A stretch of 64,000 bases of DNA, taken from contig CAVWWW010000002.1 in NCBI GenBank assembly GCA_963758745.1, positions 188,829 through 252,828 of the forward strand. The letters are read 5' to 3'. This document shows positions 30,588 through 40,852 of this stretch, piece after piece. A program made the position numbers and the translations under genes. Under the pieces are notes generated by a model. It was not told the origin of the DNA, searched no databases, and worked only from the letters and a program-made list of their open reading frames with translations. The stretch comes from an uncultured Acidobacteriaceae bacterium. Its GTDB lineage: Bacteria > Acidobacteriota > Terriglobia > Terriglobales > Acidobacteriaceae. Every line of letters starts with the position of its first letter. Position 1 is the stretch's first letter.

Positions 30588-31061
30588 TCAGAATTCTTTG
30601 CGCGGAGGGACCTGGTCTGGGCCGACTCTTCCTACGGTGATTTCGGCTACAAAATAGTTTTCGCCTTTGATTGGGACACCAGCAATCCTGCGGAGCATCG
30701 CAATTTGGCCGATATGGGTCAGAGCATCGGCTACAGGACCTTGAAATAATTTTTCTTCCGAGACTTTTAGGGGCTTTTCTGACGCGAGATATTCATCGAA
30801 TTTTTTTACGGCGGTGAAGAAACGCTCGCATTCCTGCTCCCAAGGCAGGGGAGCGGAGTCGTGCCATTCCTTTCGGCCTTCCGATATGGCGAGGCCCCAG
30901 TCCATCAAGTCGCCGATGTGCGCCAGAATTTTTCCGGGTGTTCGCGAGGTTTCGGGTGAGCCGTGATCAGCGAAGCTTGGACCGGGATTGCGGACGGCTT
31001 TCGCTCCACGATAGGCCACAGTCGCAAGGGCGTGGCGTAGTAGAGTACGGGATTCGGTCAT
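30588..31061 (-). CDS. DinB-superfamily protein
   Basis: 157 aa. ALATVAYRGAKAV...HIGDLMDW...ALTHIGQIAMLRR shows the four-helix DinB-like histidine pattern. Confidence 0.6.
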   Translation of the reverse strand: MTESRTLLRHALATVAYRGAKAVRNPGPSFADHGSPETSRTPGKILAHIGDLMDWGLAISEGRKEWHDSAPLPWEQECERFFTAVKKFDEYLASEKPLKVSEEKLFQGPVADALTHIGQIAMLRRIAGVPIKGENYFVAEITVGRVGPDQVPPRKEF

Positions 31062-31144
31062 GGTCGAGTTCTCGGTTCTTGGTTCTCAGTTCTTACGAAA
31101 TCCCCATAGGCTCTCACTTAGAACTGGGAACCTGTGGACTGGTT

Positions 31145-32716
31145 TTATAGTTTTCTTCGACGCAGGGCTCCTGCTGAGCATGCTGCGGCTTCCAATTTTT
31201 TTTGTAACCGGCGAGCGTACAGCAAGTCCAGGAAATTTTCCATCTCGCTTGTGAAACCTGCGCTGTATCCAAACCACCAGATTTTTTTCATGCCTGGAAG
31301 CCGATCGCTGTCTACGTATTTCACTCTCACCATCTCTTCGAGGCCCCAGCGTCCATGAGTGCGTCCGAGTCCGCTTGCTTTTACGCCTCCGTGTGGTGCT
31401 TCGCTGATGCTGAAACACGACACAGCATCGTTTACCATGACGGTGCCAACGTTGAGCTGACGAGCCAAACGCTCGCCCCGGGCGCGATCTGTGGTCCAGA
31501 TGCTGGCGGCTAGTCCGTAGTCGAAGTCGTTCGCCAAGCGGACTGCTTCGGCTTCGTCGCGGAAGGGCGCTATCGGCAGCACTGGGCCGAAGGTCTCTTC
31601 TTGCATTACGCGCATGGTGTGATCTACGTCGGCTAAAACCGTGGGTGCAAAAAAAGTCGGGCCGAGATCGCGCAAGCGCGCGCCTCCAGTTAGTACGCGA
31701 GCACCGCGCTGTCTTGCATCTTCGACATGTGATTCAACCACACGTAACTGGCGCTCGTGGATCATGGGTCCGATTTCAGTCGCTGCATCGAGGCCATTAC
31801 CGACGCGCAGCTTGCGCGCCTTTTCCGAGCACGCCTCTAAGAATTTGGAATAGAGCGTCTGATGAACGTAGCAACGCTCGACGGACAAGCAGGTCTGACC
31901 GGCATTTACGAAGGCTCCCCAGACGGCGCCGCTCGAGGCAACGTCGAGATCCGCGTCTTCCAGCACCAGCATTGGGTCTTTGCCGCCTAGTTCGAGGACG
32001 ACCGGAAGCAGGCGCTCGGCGGCGACTTGCGCGATTCTGCGGCCGGTACTCACGCTTCCGGTGAAGACCAGTTTGTCAATTTCGCTCTTAACGAGTGCTG
32101 CACCTGTTTCGCCTTCGCCTGGGAGCACCTGGAAAATATCGTTGGGAATTCCGGCCTCGCGCAGAAGCGTTTGCAATTCCAGCGCTATCAGCGGCGTCAA
32201 TTCGGAGGGCTTGAGGACGACGGCATTTCCCGCCACCAGGGCTGCCATGACCTCAGTCGCGGGAATCGAGAAGGGATAATTCCAGGGCGAGATACTTCCG
32301 ACGACGCCGTAGGGCTCGCGCAGAACGTGGCCGGACTTGGTCTTCATTACGAAATTTCCGTGCGGCAGTTTTTCTTCGCTCAGGATGGCGTATGCGTTGT
32401 CGATAAGGAATCGCGCAGCATCCAGCACAACCAGAACCTCGGTGAGGAGAGCTTCGACTGCGGGCTTCCCTGCTTCCCGAGTGATGCGACTCGCGATATC
32501 GGTCTTATGCGCCAGAAGAATCTGCTGGAAGCGGCGCAGCATGCGGACGCGATTACGGATTCCCCAGGCGTGCCAGTCGGGCTGAGCGGCGCGCGCGAGC
32601 GCCACGGCTGCGCGAACTTCAGTCGGGCCGGCGCTATCCAACTCGCCTAAAACTTCGCCGGTCGCCGGATTGACAGAGACGACGCGGGAAATTACGGATT
32701 CTGCGTTCTTCGCCAT
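31145..32716 (-). CDS. NAD(P)+-dependent aldehyde dehydrogenase
   Basis: SPWNYPF, VLKPSELTP, LELGGKDP and FVNAGQTC (catalytic Cys), with a C-terminal ~50-aa extension. Confidence 0.85.
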   Translation of the reverse strand: MAKNAESVISRVVSVNPATGEVLGELDSAGPTEVRAAVALARAAQPDWHAWGIRNRVRMLRRFQQILLAHKTDIASRITREAGKPAVEALLTEVLVVLDAARFLIDNAYAILSEEKLPHGNFVMKTKSGHVLREPYGVVGSISPWNYPFSIPATEVMAALVAGNAVVLKPSELTPLIALELQTLLREAGIPNDIFQVLPGEGETGAALVKSEIDKLVFTGSVSTGRRIAQVAAERLLPVVLELGGKDPMLVLEDADLDVASSGAVWGAFVNAGQTCLSVERCYVHQTLYSKFLEACSEKARKLRVGNGLDAATEIGPMIHERQLRVVESHVEDARQRGARVLTGGARLRDLGPTFFAPTVLADVDHTMRVMQEETFGPVLPIAPFRDEAEAVRLANDFDYGLAASIWTTDRARGERLARQLNVGTVMVNDAVSCFSISEAPHGGVKASGLGRTHGRWGLEEMVRVKYVDSDRLPGMKKIWWFGYSAGFTSEMENFLDLLYARRLQKKLEAAACSAGALRRRKL

Positions 32717-32772
32717 CTGCGAAGAAGTTTACGCGGGACGGAACGTGCATGCCAGAGTTTCTATAGTCGGTA

Positions 32773-33582
32773 TTAGTATTCCACGCTGACCAGGTACAAA
32801 CCGCATGGTGGTGCGGTTGGTCCGGCGGCTGTGCGCCGGCGCGCGTCGAGGATGCGACGCAAATCTTCCTGAGTGAGAGTTCCCTTCCCGAGCAAAAGGA
32901 ATGTGCCGACGAGGTTGCGCACCATGTGATGAAGAAATCCGCTGCCGCGAACCGTGTAAATCAGTTCTTCGCCTTCGCGAGTCCAATTCGAAGAGAAGAG
33001 GGTGCGAACGTTGGTTGTCGCGATGTTAGTCGTCCCCAGATACGGGGTCGGGTCGCTATTTGGAAGCCGGTTGCCGGCGGCGATCCGTTCCACCCTCTCA
33101 GGATCAACGGCGGCGAATGAAGTGAAATCGTGCTCGCCGAGGACGGCGCCAGCGGCCGCAATGATCGCCGACTCGTCGAGCGGATAAGGGTAATGCCATA
33201 GATAGCGCGCCAAAAATGGCGCACAGATCGCTCCGCGGTGAATGCGATAGCGATAGGTTTTGGCGCGCGCCGACTTGCGTGCGTGAAAATCAAGCGCGGC
33301 TTCTTTGACATCCAGAACACGGATTGTGGCGGGCAGAATGTTGTTCAGGGCCTTGAGCCAGTTTTCCGCAGGAATTGTAGAGATGGTCGCGAAACTTGCC
33401 ACCTGAGCCAGCGCGTGCACGCCTGCGTCGGTGCGGCCTGAGCCTTGAGGCAATACTTTTTCTCCACTCAGCCGTCCAATGGCCGAGGCTAGCGCGCCCT
33501 GCACAGTGATTCGGTCGGGCTGCACCTGCCATCCGGCGAATTCGGCGCCGTCATAAGAAAGCGTTAGTCGGAGATTTCGCAC
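32773..33582 (-). CDS. truA: tRNA pseudouridine(38-40) synthase
   Basis: LSYDGAEFAGWQ.Q, GRTDAGVHA (catalytic Asp) and GSGFLHHMVRNLVG. GTG start at 33582. Confidence 0.9.
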   Translation of the reverse strand: MRNLRLTLSYDGAEFAGWQVQPDRITVQGALASAIGRLSGEKVLPQGSGRTDAGVHALAQVASFATISTIPAENWLKALNNILPATIRVLDVKEAALDFHARKSARAKTYRYRIHRGAICAPFLARYLWHYPYPLDESAIIAAAGAVLGEHDFTSFAAVDPERVERIAAGNRLPNSDPTPYLGTTNIATTNVRTLFSSNWTREGEELIYTVRGSGFLHHMVRNLVGTFLLLGKGTLTQEDLRRILDARRRTAAGPTAPPCGLYLVSVEY

Positions 33583-33877
33583 GCTCTTTTTGGAGCCGAA
33601 GCTCAGGGGCTATCGTACTGTTAACTAAGTACCGTCGTCATCACTAAGCCCGGCAACGGGTCGGCTATACTATTTTTACTTACGATCATTTGAACTTGAA
33701 CTGGAATTGGAAAAAATTGTTTCCGGCATTGCAAGGTGCAAGGAAAAATACCGGGAACTGGTACTGGCCGTGCCACGTATCAGCAGAGTGGCGTGGGAAA
33801 GTGCGAATTACTGCGTCCGTTCCACTGGTGTGCGATGGCTTGATGATCGCTGGTTTCGATTAATGGAGAAGATTCGA

Positions 33878-35959
33878 ATGCAATGTTCTACACGCTTGAT
33901 TATCTTTCATAGTGTTGCTGCAGTGTTGCTGGTGGCCGCAATGGCGCCTGCCGGGTGGGCGCAGAGTGGCTCGTCCGCTCCCAGCGCGCCTTCGGCGCAG
34001 ATGCCGGCGCAACGAGCGGTGTCATCCTCGCAGCCTTTTGACGTGGATGAGTACGCGCACCCGAAATCGCAATTTCCGAATTTTATTGCCCCGTACACGC
34101 CGACGCATGTGGCGCCTCCGAACCTGGCGAACACGCCGCGCATCGACCAGCTCATGCATGATGGCAAGCTCTATATTTCGATGAACGACGCGGTGGCGCT
34201 GGCGCTGGAAAATAACCTCGACATCGCGATCGCCCGCTACAACCTGAACATCTCCGATACCGACGTTTGGCGTGCTAGAGCCGGTTCGACTATTCTTGGC
34301 GTCAATAGCGGCGTGGTTCAGAATACGCCTGGGGCCGGGGTAGGGGGATTGGGCACGCAAGTTGGCTCGGGCCAAGGCGGAACGTCAGTGGGTGCTGGCG
34401 GTGCGGGAACCGGTTCGGGCGGCTTGGTTGTATCAACACTGGGCGACGGCCCGCCGATTACGAGCTTTGATCCTATCCTGACCGGCACCATGCAGTTTGA
34501 TCGACAGGAGATCAATTGCACCAGTCCATTTTGCGGCAGCAGCCAAAATACGACTACGGGCAATTTCGCTTACACTCAGGGGTTTCAATGGGGAACGAAT
34601 CTTTCGGTCGGCTTCCAAAATAACCGAGTGAGCTCGAATAACGAATTCAATGCATACACGCCTGTGTTGAATTCCAATTTCCGCTTGCAGGTTACGCAAC
34701 ATCTGCTGCAGGGACTGGGATTCACACCCAACAATCGTTACATTCAAATCGCAAAAAATAATCGTGAAATTTCGGACGTGGCCTTCCGGCTGCAAATCAC
34801 CAGCACGGTCGACCAGATCGAAAACATGTATTGGGATTTGGTGTATGCGTATGAAAACGTCAGGGTGCAGAAAGAGCAACTGGCATTTGCGCAGAGAACT
34901 CTTTCGGACAACCAGAAGCAAGTGCAGATCGGGACACTCGCGCCAATCGAAGTGGTTCGGGCACAGAGCACGGTTGCTTCGGATCAGCAAACCCTGACTC
35001 TGGCGTTGACCAATCTTCAACTGCAGCAACTGCTCATGAAGAACGCGCTCAGCCGCACGCTGGTCGATCCCACGCTGGCTGATGCGGAAGTAATTCCTAC
35101 ATCGACTATGGATTTGGGGCCGGCGCAGGCGGGGGTCGTTCCTACTCAGGATCTGGTGAATGATGCGCTCAGTCATCGTCCCGAGTTGGCGGAACAACGC
35201 ATTAACCTTACCAACGTGGACATCAGCAATAAAGCTATCCGGAGTGCTCTCTTGCCGACGGTGGATCTTTTTGCGTATTACGGTGGTTCAGGTGTGGGCG
35301 GTACGCCGAATCCAAATTACATATGCAATTCTGAACCAACGTTCTGCTATCCGCCGGGCTCGATTATCCCAACACTGCCTGCAATTTCCTACTCCTCGAC
35401 TTTGAATCAACTGGTGAATTCGAGTGCGCCCGACAAGGGTCTGGGAGTCAATCTCAACATCCCTATTCGCAATCGGGCTGCGCAGGCCACGCAGGTGCGC
35501 TCCGAATTCGAATATCGACAGGCTCAGTTGCGGATTCAGCAGCTTGAGAACCAGGTGCGCATCGAGGTGCGCAACGCGCAGTTTGGCGTGCAACAGAATC
35601 GTGCCAGCGTGGATTCGGCTCAGGCCGCTGTCGATCTGGCGCGGCAATCGCTTGATGCCGAACAGAAGAAATACGCGCTGGGTGCATCGACGTCAACGCT
35701 GGTGCTGCAGAACCAGGCGGCGATGACGCAGGCTGAGGTTACGCTGGTTTCGGCTAAGGCGCTGTACGAAAAGGCAGAGGTCGAGCTGGATCGGGCAACG
35801 GGCCTTCTTCTCGATCATGCGGGAATTCTGGTTGGCGATGCGGAAAAGGGGGAAGTTACACACACGCCACATATTCCTCACGTGGCGCCGCGGCCGGTGG
35901 AGCAACAAGTTCCGGCTAGTGCGCCGGCGCAGACGCCGCAAGGAGCACCGCCGCAGTAG
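33878..35959 (+). CDS. TolC-family outer-membrane efflux protein with a Gly-rich insertion
   Basis: Signal peptide MQCSTRLIIFHSVAAVLLVAAMAPAGWAQ. Two OEP-type repeats (SMNDAVALALENNLDIAIARYN..., LVNDALSHRPELAEQRINL...). GGAG lies 9 nt upstream of ATG 33878; ATG 33863 is also possible, and the ORF is open from 33707. Confidence 0.8.
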   Translation: MQCSTRLIIFHSVAAVLLVAAMAPAGWAQSGSSAPSAPSAQMPAQRAVSSSQPFDVDEYAHPKSQFPNFIAPYTPTHVAPPNLANTPRIDQLMHDGKLYISMNDAVALALENNLDIAIARYNLNISDTDVWRARAGSTILGVNSGVVQNTPGAGVGGLGTQVGSGQGGTSVGAGGAGTGSGGLVVSTLGDGPPITSFDPILTGTMQFDRQEINCTSPFCGSSQNTTTGNFAYTQGFQWGTNLSVGFQNNRVSSNNEFNAYTPVLNSNFRLQVTQHLLQGLGFTPNNRYIQIAKNNREISDVAFRLQITSTVDQIENMYWDLVYAYENVRVQKEQLAFAQRTLSDNQKQVQIGTLAPIEVVRAQSTVASDQQTLTLALTNLQLQQLLMKNALSRTLVDPTLADAEVIPTSTMDLGPAQAGVVPTQDLVNDALSHRPELAEQRINLTNVDISNKAIRSALLPTVDLFAYYGGSGVGGTPNPNYICNSEPTFCYPPGSIIPTLPAISYSSTLNQLVNSSAPDKGLGVNLNIPIRNRAAQATQVRSEFEYRQAQLRIQQLENQVRIEVRNAQFGVQQNRASVDSAQAAVDLARQSLDAEQKKYALGASTSTLVLQNQAAMTQAEVTLVSAKALYEKAEVELDRATGLLLDHAGILVGDAEKGEVTHTPHIPHVAPRPVEQQVPASAPAQTPQGAPPQ

Positions 35960-36121
35960 TGCGGCTCTCGCAGGAAGCTTACGACGGAGCGCCGGGCGTC
36001 ATTTGTCATTGTCATTATCATTATTTTTTCCCGGCGCTTCCCTTTTGCGTGCGGCCAGCTCTCGCGTATTCTCTCAGCGTGAAGGTCTCGGCAATAGCAA
36101 TCTCTTCGCGGGCGGGGCTAC

Positions 36122-36979
36122 GTGATTCTTTCCGTCGTCATCATTACTTATAACGAAGAGGCCAACATTGGACGGACGCTGGCCAGCGTGCAGCCGCTGA
36201 TTGTTGACGGCCGGGGCGAAATTATTGTGGTCGACTCGGGGTCGAGTGATCGTACGGCTGAGATTGCAAAATCATCTGGGGCGAAAGTGTTTATCGAAGA
36301 ATGGAAGGGATATGCGGCGCAAAAGAATTCTGCGATTGATAAGGCGAGTGGTGATTGGATTTTGAGTTTGGATTCGGATGAAGAAGTCGAGCCGGCGCTC
36401 GGGGAGGAAATCTCATGGCTCTTACGTGCAATTCCGATTTGGCAGAAAGATGGAATGCCAGTAGGCGACGATCCCGAGTCACGAGAACTGAGGGACCGCG
36501 GAACGGAAATCGGGCTGGACGAGGATGATCTGAATGGTTTTCGGATCCCTCGCAAAAATTACTTTCTAGGACGACAGCTTCGGCACGGAGGATTTTGGCC
36601 GGACTTGAAGCTCCGATTGTTTCGTCGTGGCAGCGGCAAACTTCAAGACCAGATCGTCCACGAAACGCTAAAGATTGTCGGAGTCGCGAGCACTGTTCAG
36701 CGCGGATCTCTGATCCACCACTCCTACCCGACGCTCTCCGATTACATCGATCACATGAATCGCTATTCGACGCTTGGGGCGGAGATGGTGGTCGACAAAG
36801 GACGACGTTCTTTCGGCTTGTTCAACATTGTGGTGCGGCCGATGGCCACTTTCATTTACAACTATTTTTTTCGGCTGGGATTTCTTGACGGTCGCGAGGG
36901 TTTGCTTCTGCACCTTTATCACGCTGTTTATGTCTCGTGGAAATATGCGAAGGCGTGGGAACTCTCCTGTCGCGTGTAG
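36122..36979 (+). CDS. Family-2 glycosyltransferase
   Basis: LSVVIITYNEE.NI, VVDSGSSD.T and LSLDSDE (the DxD-type motif). It is a paralogue of the gene at 50946-51848, sharing the C-terminal FRLGFLDG...L. GTG start. Confidence 0.8.
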   Translation: MILSVVIITYNEEANIGRTLASVQPLIVDGRGEIIVVDSGSSDRTAEIAKSSGAKVFIEEWKGYAAQKNSAIDKASGDWILSLDSDEEVEPALGEEISWLLRAIPIWQKDGMPVGDDPESRELRDRGTEIGLDEDDLNGFRIPRKNYFLGRQLRHGGFWPDLKLRLFRRGSGKLQDQIVHETLKIVGVASTVQRGSLIHHSYPTLSDYIDHMNRYSTLGAEMVVDKGRRSFGLFNIVVRPMATFIYNYFFRLGFLDGREGLLLHLYHAVYVSWKYAKAWELSCRV

Positions 36980-37011
36980 AACGCAGCACCACCTTCGCCG
37001 ACAATCGGCTA

Positions 37012-37713
37012 TTAGAGGGTGATGCGCATGATGTCGTATTTTACTTCTACTTTGCGCTGCGGGAACTTTGATTCCACTTGTTGCTTCACATCATCGACGG
37101 ATGGAATTCCATCTTTGCCGGTGAGGCCTCGCGCGTCGTCGAGCAGAATTATGTGCGGATAGGGATGGCTCAGAATCATTTCTAGTTCGGCTGAGAGACG
37201 CTGGTCGTCGGTGCGTTTTCCGATCCAGCCGTAATAACCGGCATCGAGCCAGAATAAGGCAGAGGCTTGCAGTAGCGATAACACCTGCGGCATAACCACG
37301 CGGCTGTCACCGCAGAAAATTTGCACGTGCTGATCGCGCTCAAACTTGGCCCTGGCTCGCTCGGCCAACTCCGGGACATACTCGATGGAGTAGATGTGAT
37401 CGAAATGACGCTTCATCGCGGCGACCATTTCTCCGTAGTACGTTCCGGTTTCGACAAGAGTCTTGAGGCCAAACCTCTCTCCGCATTCGCGGACGACTTT
37501 CTGTTTCAGAAGATGCGGAGATCGCGACGGCCGCCCGCGCAGAATCCAGTACCAGTAATCGGGATAGTGTCCGAGGGCTTTGCACGCGCCGTACAGAGGA
37601 GTTCGCTGCAGTAATCGCCGGAACGCTTTCAGGAGTCCTCCGCAGAAAGAAGTCCAAGCATAGGTGGAGAAGAAAACAGGCGTCAAGTTTCGCAGCGGGT
37701 TAGATTGCACCAA
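37012..37713 (-). CDS. Class I SAM-dependent methyltransferase-like protein (Methyltransf_24-like)
   Basis: LVETGTYYGEM (motif I-like) and LFWLDAG. The function is tentative. TTG/GTG start region at 37708-37713. Confidence 0.5.
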   Translation of the reverse strand: MVQSNPLRNLTPVFFSTYAWTSFCGGLLKAFRRLLQRTPLYGACKALGHYPDYWYWILRGRPSRSPHLLKQKVVRECGERFGLKTLVETGTYYGEMVAAMKRHFDHIYSIEYVPELAERARAKFERDQHVQIFCGDSRVVMPQVLSLLQASALFWLDAGYYGWIGKRTDDQRLSAELEMILSHPYPHIILLDDARGLTGKDGIPSVDDVKQQVESKFPQRKVEVKYDIMRITL

Positions 37714-37810
37714 CCACCCGGTCGGTGCGGCGATTTTGCAGACTCGGGTCGCTCCTCTATTATCATTATCATCATCATTATGAGGCGATCAATGTCAGGC
37801 GGGAGACTGC

Positions 37811-39619
37811 ATGGCTGAAAATAAATCGAAATCGAATGTCTCTAAGACTGTCGCGGATACTGCGATCTCCGACGTCTTTGACGGACGTCATCCGGCGCCA
37901 TCTGAAAAAGATTGGGCGGAGAAAACTCTGGCACCGACGCTTCAAAAAACTTCCGAAAAACCTATTGGCGCTCCGACAGGCACGAATCTTGATGAACAGG
38001 GCCATGCGCGTTTTAGCACGATCTCAAATGTGCCGATCCGTCGCCTCTATACGCAAGCTGATCTTCCCGCCGACTGGAACTACGAGCAGTATCTTGGCTA
38101 TCCTGGCCAACCGCCCTACACGCGCGGCATTCACTCAACCGGCTACCGCGGCAAGCTGTGGACGATGCGGATGTTCTCCGGCTTCGCGTCGCCGGAGGAA
38201 ACGAATCAGCGCTACAAATATTTGCTGGAACATGGAGGCGGCGGACTCTCAGTCGCTTTCGATCTGCCCACGCTCATGGGCTATGACTCGGATCATCCGG
38301 CGAGTGAAGGCGAGGTCGGCAAATGTGGTGTTGCCATTGACTCGCTCGAAGATATGGAAATTCTCTTCGACGGCATCCCGCTCGAAACCATCACCACATC
38401 GATGACGATTAATTCGCCGGCCAGCGTGCTTTGGGCGATGTATCTGGTGGTTGCGGAGAAGCAAGGCGCCGACTGGAAGAAGATTTCGGGAACTATTCAG
38501 AACGACATTCTCAAGGAATACATTGCGCAGAAGGAATACATTTACCCGCCTGCTCCCTCGATGCGACTGGTGATTGATACATTCGAGTTCGGATCGAAGT
38601 TTACGCCGCGCTTCAACACAATTTCTATTTCCGGCTACCACATTCGTGAAGCCGGGTCGACTGCTCTGCAGGAACTGGCTTTCACCATTTACGACGGGGT
38701 CGAATATGTGGAGTGGGCGGGGCGGCGCGGACTGGATGTGGATGATTTCGGTCCTCGACTCAGCTTTTTCTTCAATGCGCACAATGATTTTTTTGAGGAG
38801 ATCGCCAAGTATCGCGCTGCGCGCAAGATCTGGTATCGCCTGATGATGGAGCGTTTCGGCGCCAAGAATGATCGCACTCGCCTGATGCGCTTCCATACGC
38901 AGACGGCGGGCGTATCATTGCCGGCGCAACAACCGATGAATAACATCGCGCGCGTTGCTTTGCAGGCCCTTGCGGCTGTGCTGGGGGGAACGCAGTCGCT
39001 GCATACTGACGCCTATGATGAAGCGCTTGCCCTGCCTACAGAGGAGGCCGCGCGCATTGCGCTACGCACGCAGCAGATCATAGCTTTCGAGTCAGGTGTG
39101 GCTCAAACGGTTGATCCGCTTGGGGGCAGCTATTTCGTCGAGAAGCAAACCCTGGATATGGAAAACGGAGCGTTTGATTACTTCGGAAAGCTCGATCAGA
39201 TGGGCGGCATGGTCAAAGCGATCGAGCGCGGATACCCGCAAAAGGAAATTGCCGAGGCCAGTTACCAGTACCAGCGCGCGGTTGAAACGAATGAGAAGAT
39301 CACCGTCGGAGTAAACGATTTTGTGATCGAAGAAGAGTCGCCACACATTCTCTACATTGATGAATCGGTGGCTCGCGCGCAGGAGAAGAAACTCAAAGCA
39401 TTGCGCGCGCGTCGTTCGAATGAAGAGGTCGAGCGCTGCCTCGATGCTTTGAAACGAGCCGCGGCCAAGAGTCCCACCGCCGGCAGCAATGGAAATATTT
39501 CAGACGCGAACACGATGCCTTACATAGTCGCCGCCGTCCGTGCCTATGCGACTGTGGGAGAAATTTGTGAAGCGTTGCGGCAGGTATTTGGTACATATAC
39601 GGAAGTCAGCATCACGTAG
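37811..39619 (+). CDS. Methylmalonyl-CoA mutase-family protein, catalytic (substrate-binding) subunit without B12-binding domain
   Basis: [50 protein letters not shown] and RFHTQTAG are the canonical acyl-CoA mutase large-domain motifs. Confidence 0.85.
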   Translation: MAENKSKSNVSKTVADTAISDVFDGRHPAPSEKDWAEKTLAPTLQKTSEKPIGAPTGTNLDEQGHARFSTISNVPIRRLYTQADLPADWNYEQYLGYPGQPPYTRGIHSTGYRGKLWTMRMFSGFASPEETNQRYKYLLEHGGGGLSVAFDLPTLMGYDSDHPASEGEVGKCGVAIDSLEDMEILFDGIPLETITTSMTINSPASVLWAMYLVVAEKQGADWKKISGTIQNDILKEYIAQKEYIYPPAPSMRLVIDTFEFGSKFTPRFNTISISGYHIREAGSTALQELAFTIYDGVEYVEWAGRRGLDVDDFGPRLSFFFNAHNDFFEEIAKYRAARKIWYRLMMERFGAKNDRTRLMRFHTQTAGVSLPAQQPMNNIARVALQALAAVLGGTQSLHTDAYDEALALPTEEAARIALRTQQIIAFESGVAQTVDPLGGSYFVEKQTLDMENGAFDYFGKLDQMGGMVKAIERGYPQKEIAEASYQYQRAVETNEKITVGVNDFVIEEESPHILYIDESVARAQEKKLKALRARRSNEEVERCLDALKRAAAKSPTAGSNGNISDANTMPYIVAAVRAYATVGEICEALRQVFGTYTEVSIT

Positions 39620-39822
39620 ATGATGGCTTACTGTTGCACTAAAGGCGGTCGGCAAATCCCGGCGTATATAGAGCCAACGTCCAATGGCGGACACTTCGAC
39701 TCTGATCGCCAGTTCAGCTTCCAACTCTCTGCGGCGCCTACTGCGAAACAGCGCGAACGGTGCCGGGTTCACTGATCTACATGTGTTAGACTCGACCCAA
39801 GCACTACCCCAGGAGTGTTGGT

Positions 39823-40815
39823 ATGTCGGCGCGGTTCCCTTGGCGAAGTTTGCTAGTTTTGCTGGTTAGTTTGTGTAGCTTGTACGTTTTAGCCCAGATT
39901 CCGATCACCGCAACTTCGCCGCAAACTGCTCCTTCAAATCAACCTCCGCAATCCACTCCTCCGTTAGTTAATTCGCAATCCAACCCTCCGCTGGTTAATT
40001 CAAATGTGAAACTAGGGGTTGGCGACCTGGTCGAGGTCGGTGTATTCGGGGTGCCTGAACTCTCCACAAGAGCGCGTATCAGTAATGGTGGCGATCTCTA
40101 TCTTCCATTGATTGACTATGTTCACGTCGCCGGTCTGACGGTCGATGAAGCACAGGACATGATCCAGAAGCGGCTGGAGGATGGAGGCTTTGTCCGCCAA
40201 CCGCACGTCTCTATTTACGTTAACGAGGCTGCATCGCAGTCCGTCACAGTGCTGGGGGAGGTAAATCGCCCCGGGTCTTATTCTGTGATTGGCGAAAGAC
40301 GCCTTTTCGATGTCATCTCAGCAGCGGGAGGGCTAAACGATAAGGCGGGCCGCAATCTGGTGATTGAGCATCGTGACGGGCAAAAGGTTCAACTTGTGTT
40401 GTCTATAAATCTGGCGGATGACGACAAGAGCAATGTGGAGATTCTTCCGGGAGATACGATCATTGTTTCCCGAGCTGGAATTGTTTATATCGTTGGCGAT
40501 GTGAATCATCCGACTGGATTCCGCATCGAGGACAATAGTCTCAGTGTTCTGAAGTGCCTAGCTTTGGCGGGCGGCCAAACTAAGACCTCTGCCTTGAGTA
40601 AGGCCAGGATTCTGCGCGAGTCGCCGAACGGGGTGCAGGAGATACCTATCGATCTCAAAAAGGTGCTTTATGCGAAAGCACCGGACATGGCTATGGTGAA
40701 GGGCGACATATTATTCATCCCCGGGAGCGCGTTTAAGACTGCGGCTTATCGTACTGCAGACGCTGCCGTGTCCCTAGCTACCACCGTGGCGGTGGTTGGC
40801 GTCTCGACTTTTTAA
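39823..40815 (+). CDS. Polysaccharide export protein (Wza-like periplasmic Poly_export + SLBB domains)
   Basis: Signal peptide; KLGVGDLVEVGVFGVPELS...GDLYLPLIDYVHVAGLT..EAQ..I; VTVLGEVNRPG.Y. Confidence 0.8.
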   Translation: MSARFPWRSLLVLLVSLCSLYVLAQIPITATSPQTAPSNQPPQSTPPLVNSQSNPPLVNSNVKLGVGDLVEVGVFGVPELSTRARISNGGDLYLPLIDYVHVAGLTVDEAQDMIQKRLEDGGFVRQPHVSIYVNEAASQSVTVLGEVNRPGSYSVIGERRLFDVISAAGGLNDKAGRNLVIEHRDGQKVQLVLSINLADDDKSNVEILPGDTIIVSRAGIVYIVGDVNHPTGFRIEDNSLSVLKCLALAGGQTKTSALSKARILRESPNGVQEIPIDLKKVLYAKAPDMAMVKGDILFIPGSAFKTAAYRTADAAVSLATTVAVVGVSTF

Positions 40816-40852
40816 GCCCGTATTTATCGTCCCTCGTAGTCCGTCGGCAAGG

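Noticed and set aside
37714-37810. Possible cobalamin riboswitch upstream of the acyl-CoA mutase gene.
   Set aside because: The intergenic region is only ~97 nt and contains no B12-box (GCCACTG-like) or the usual conserved stems.
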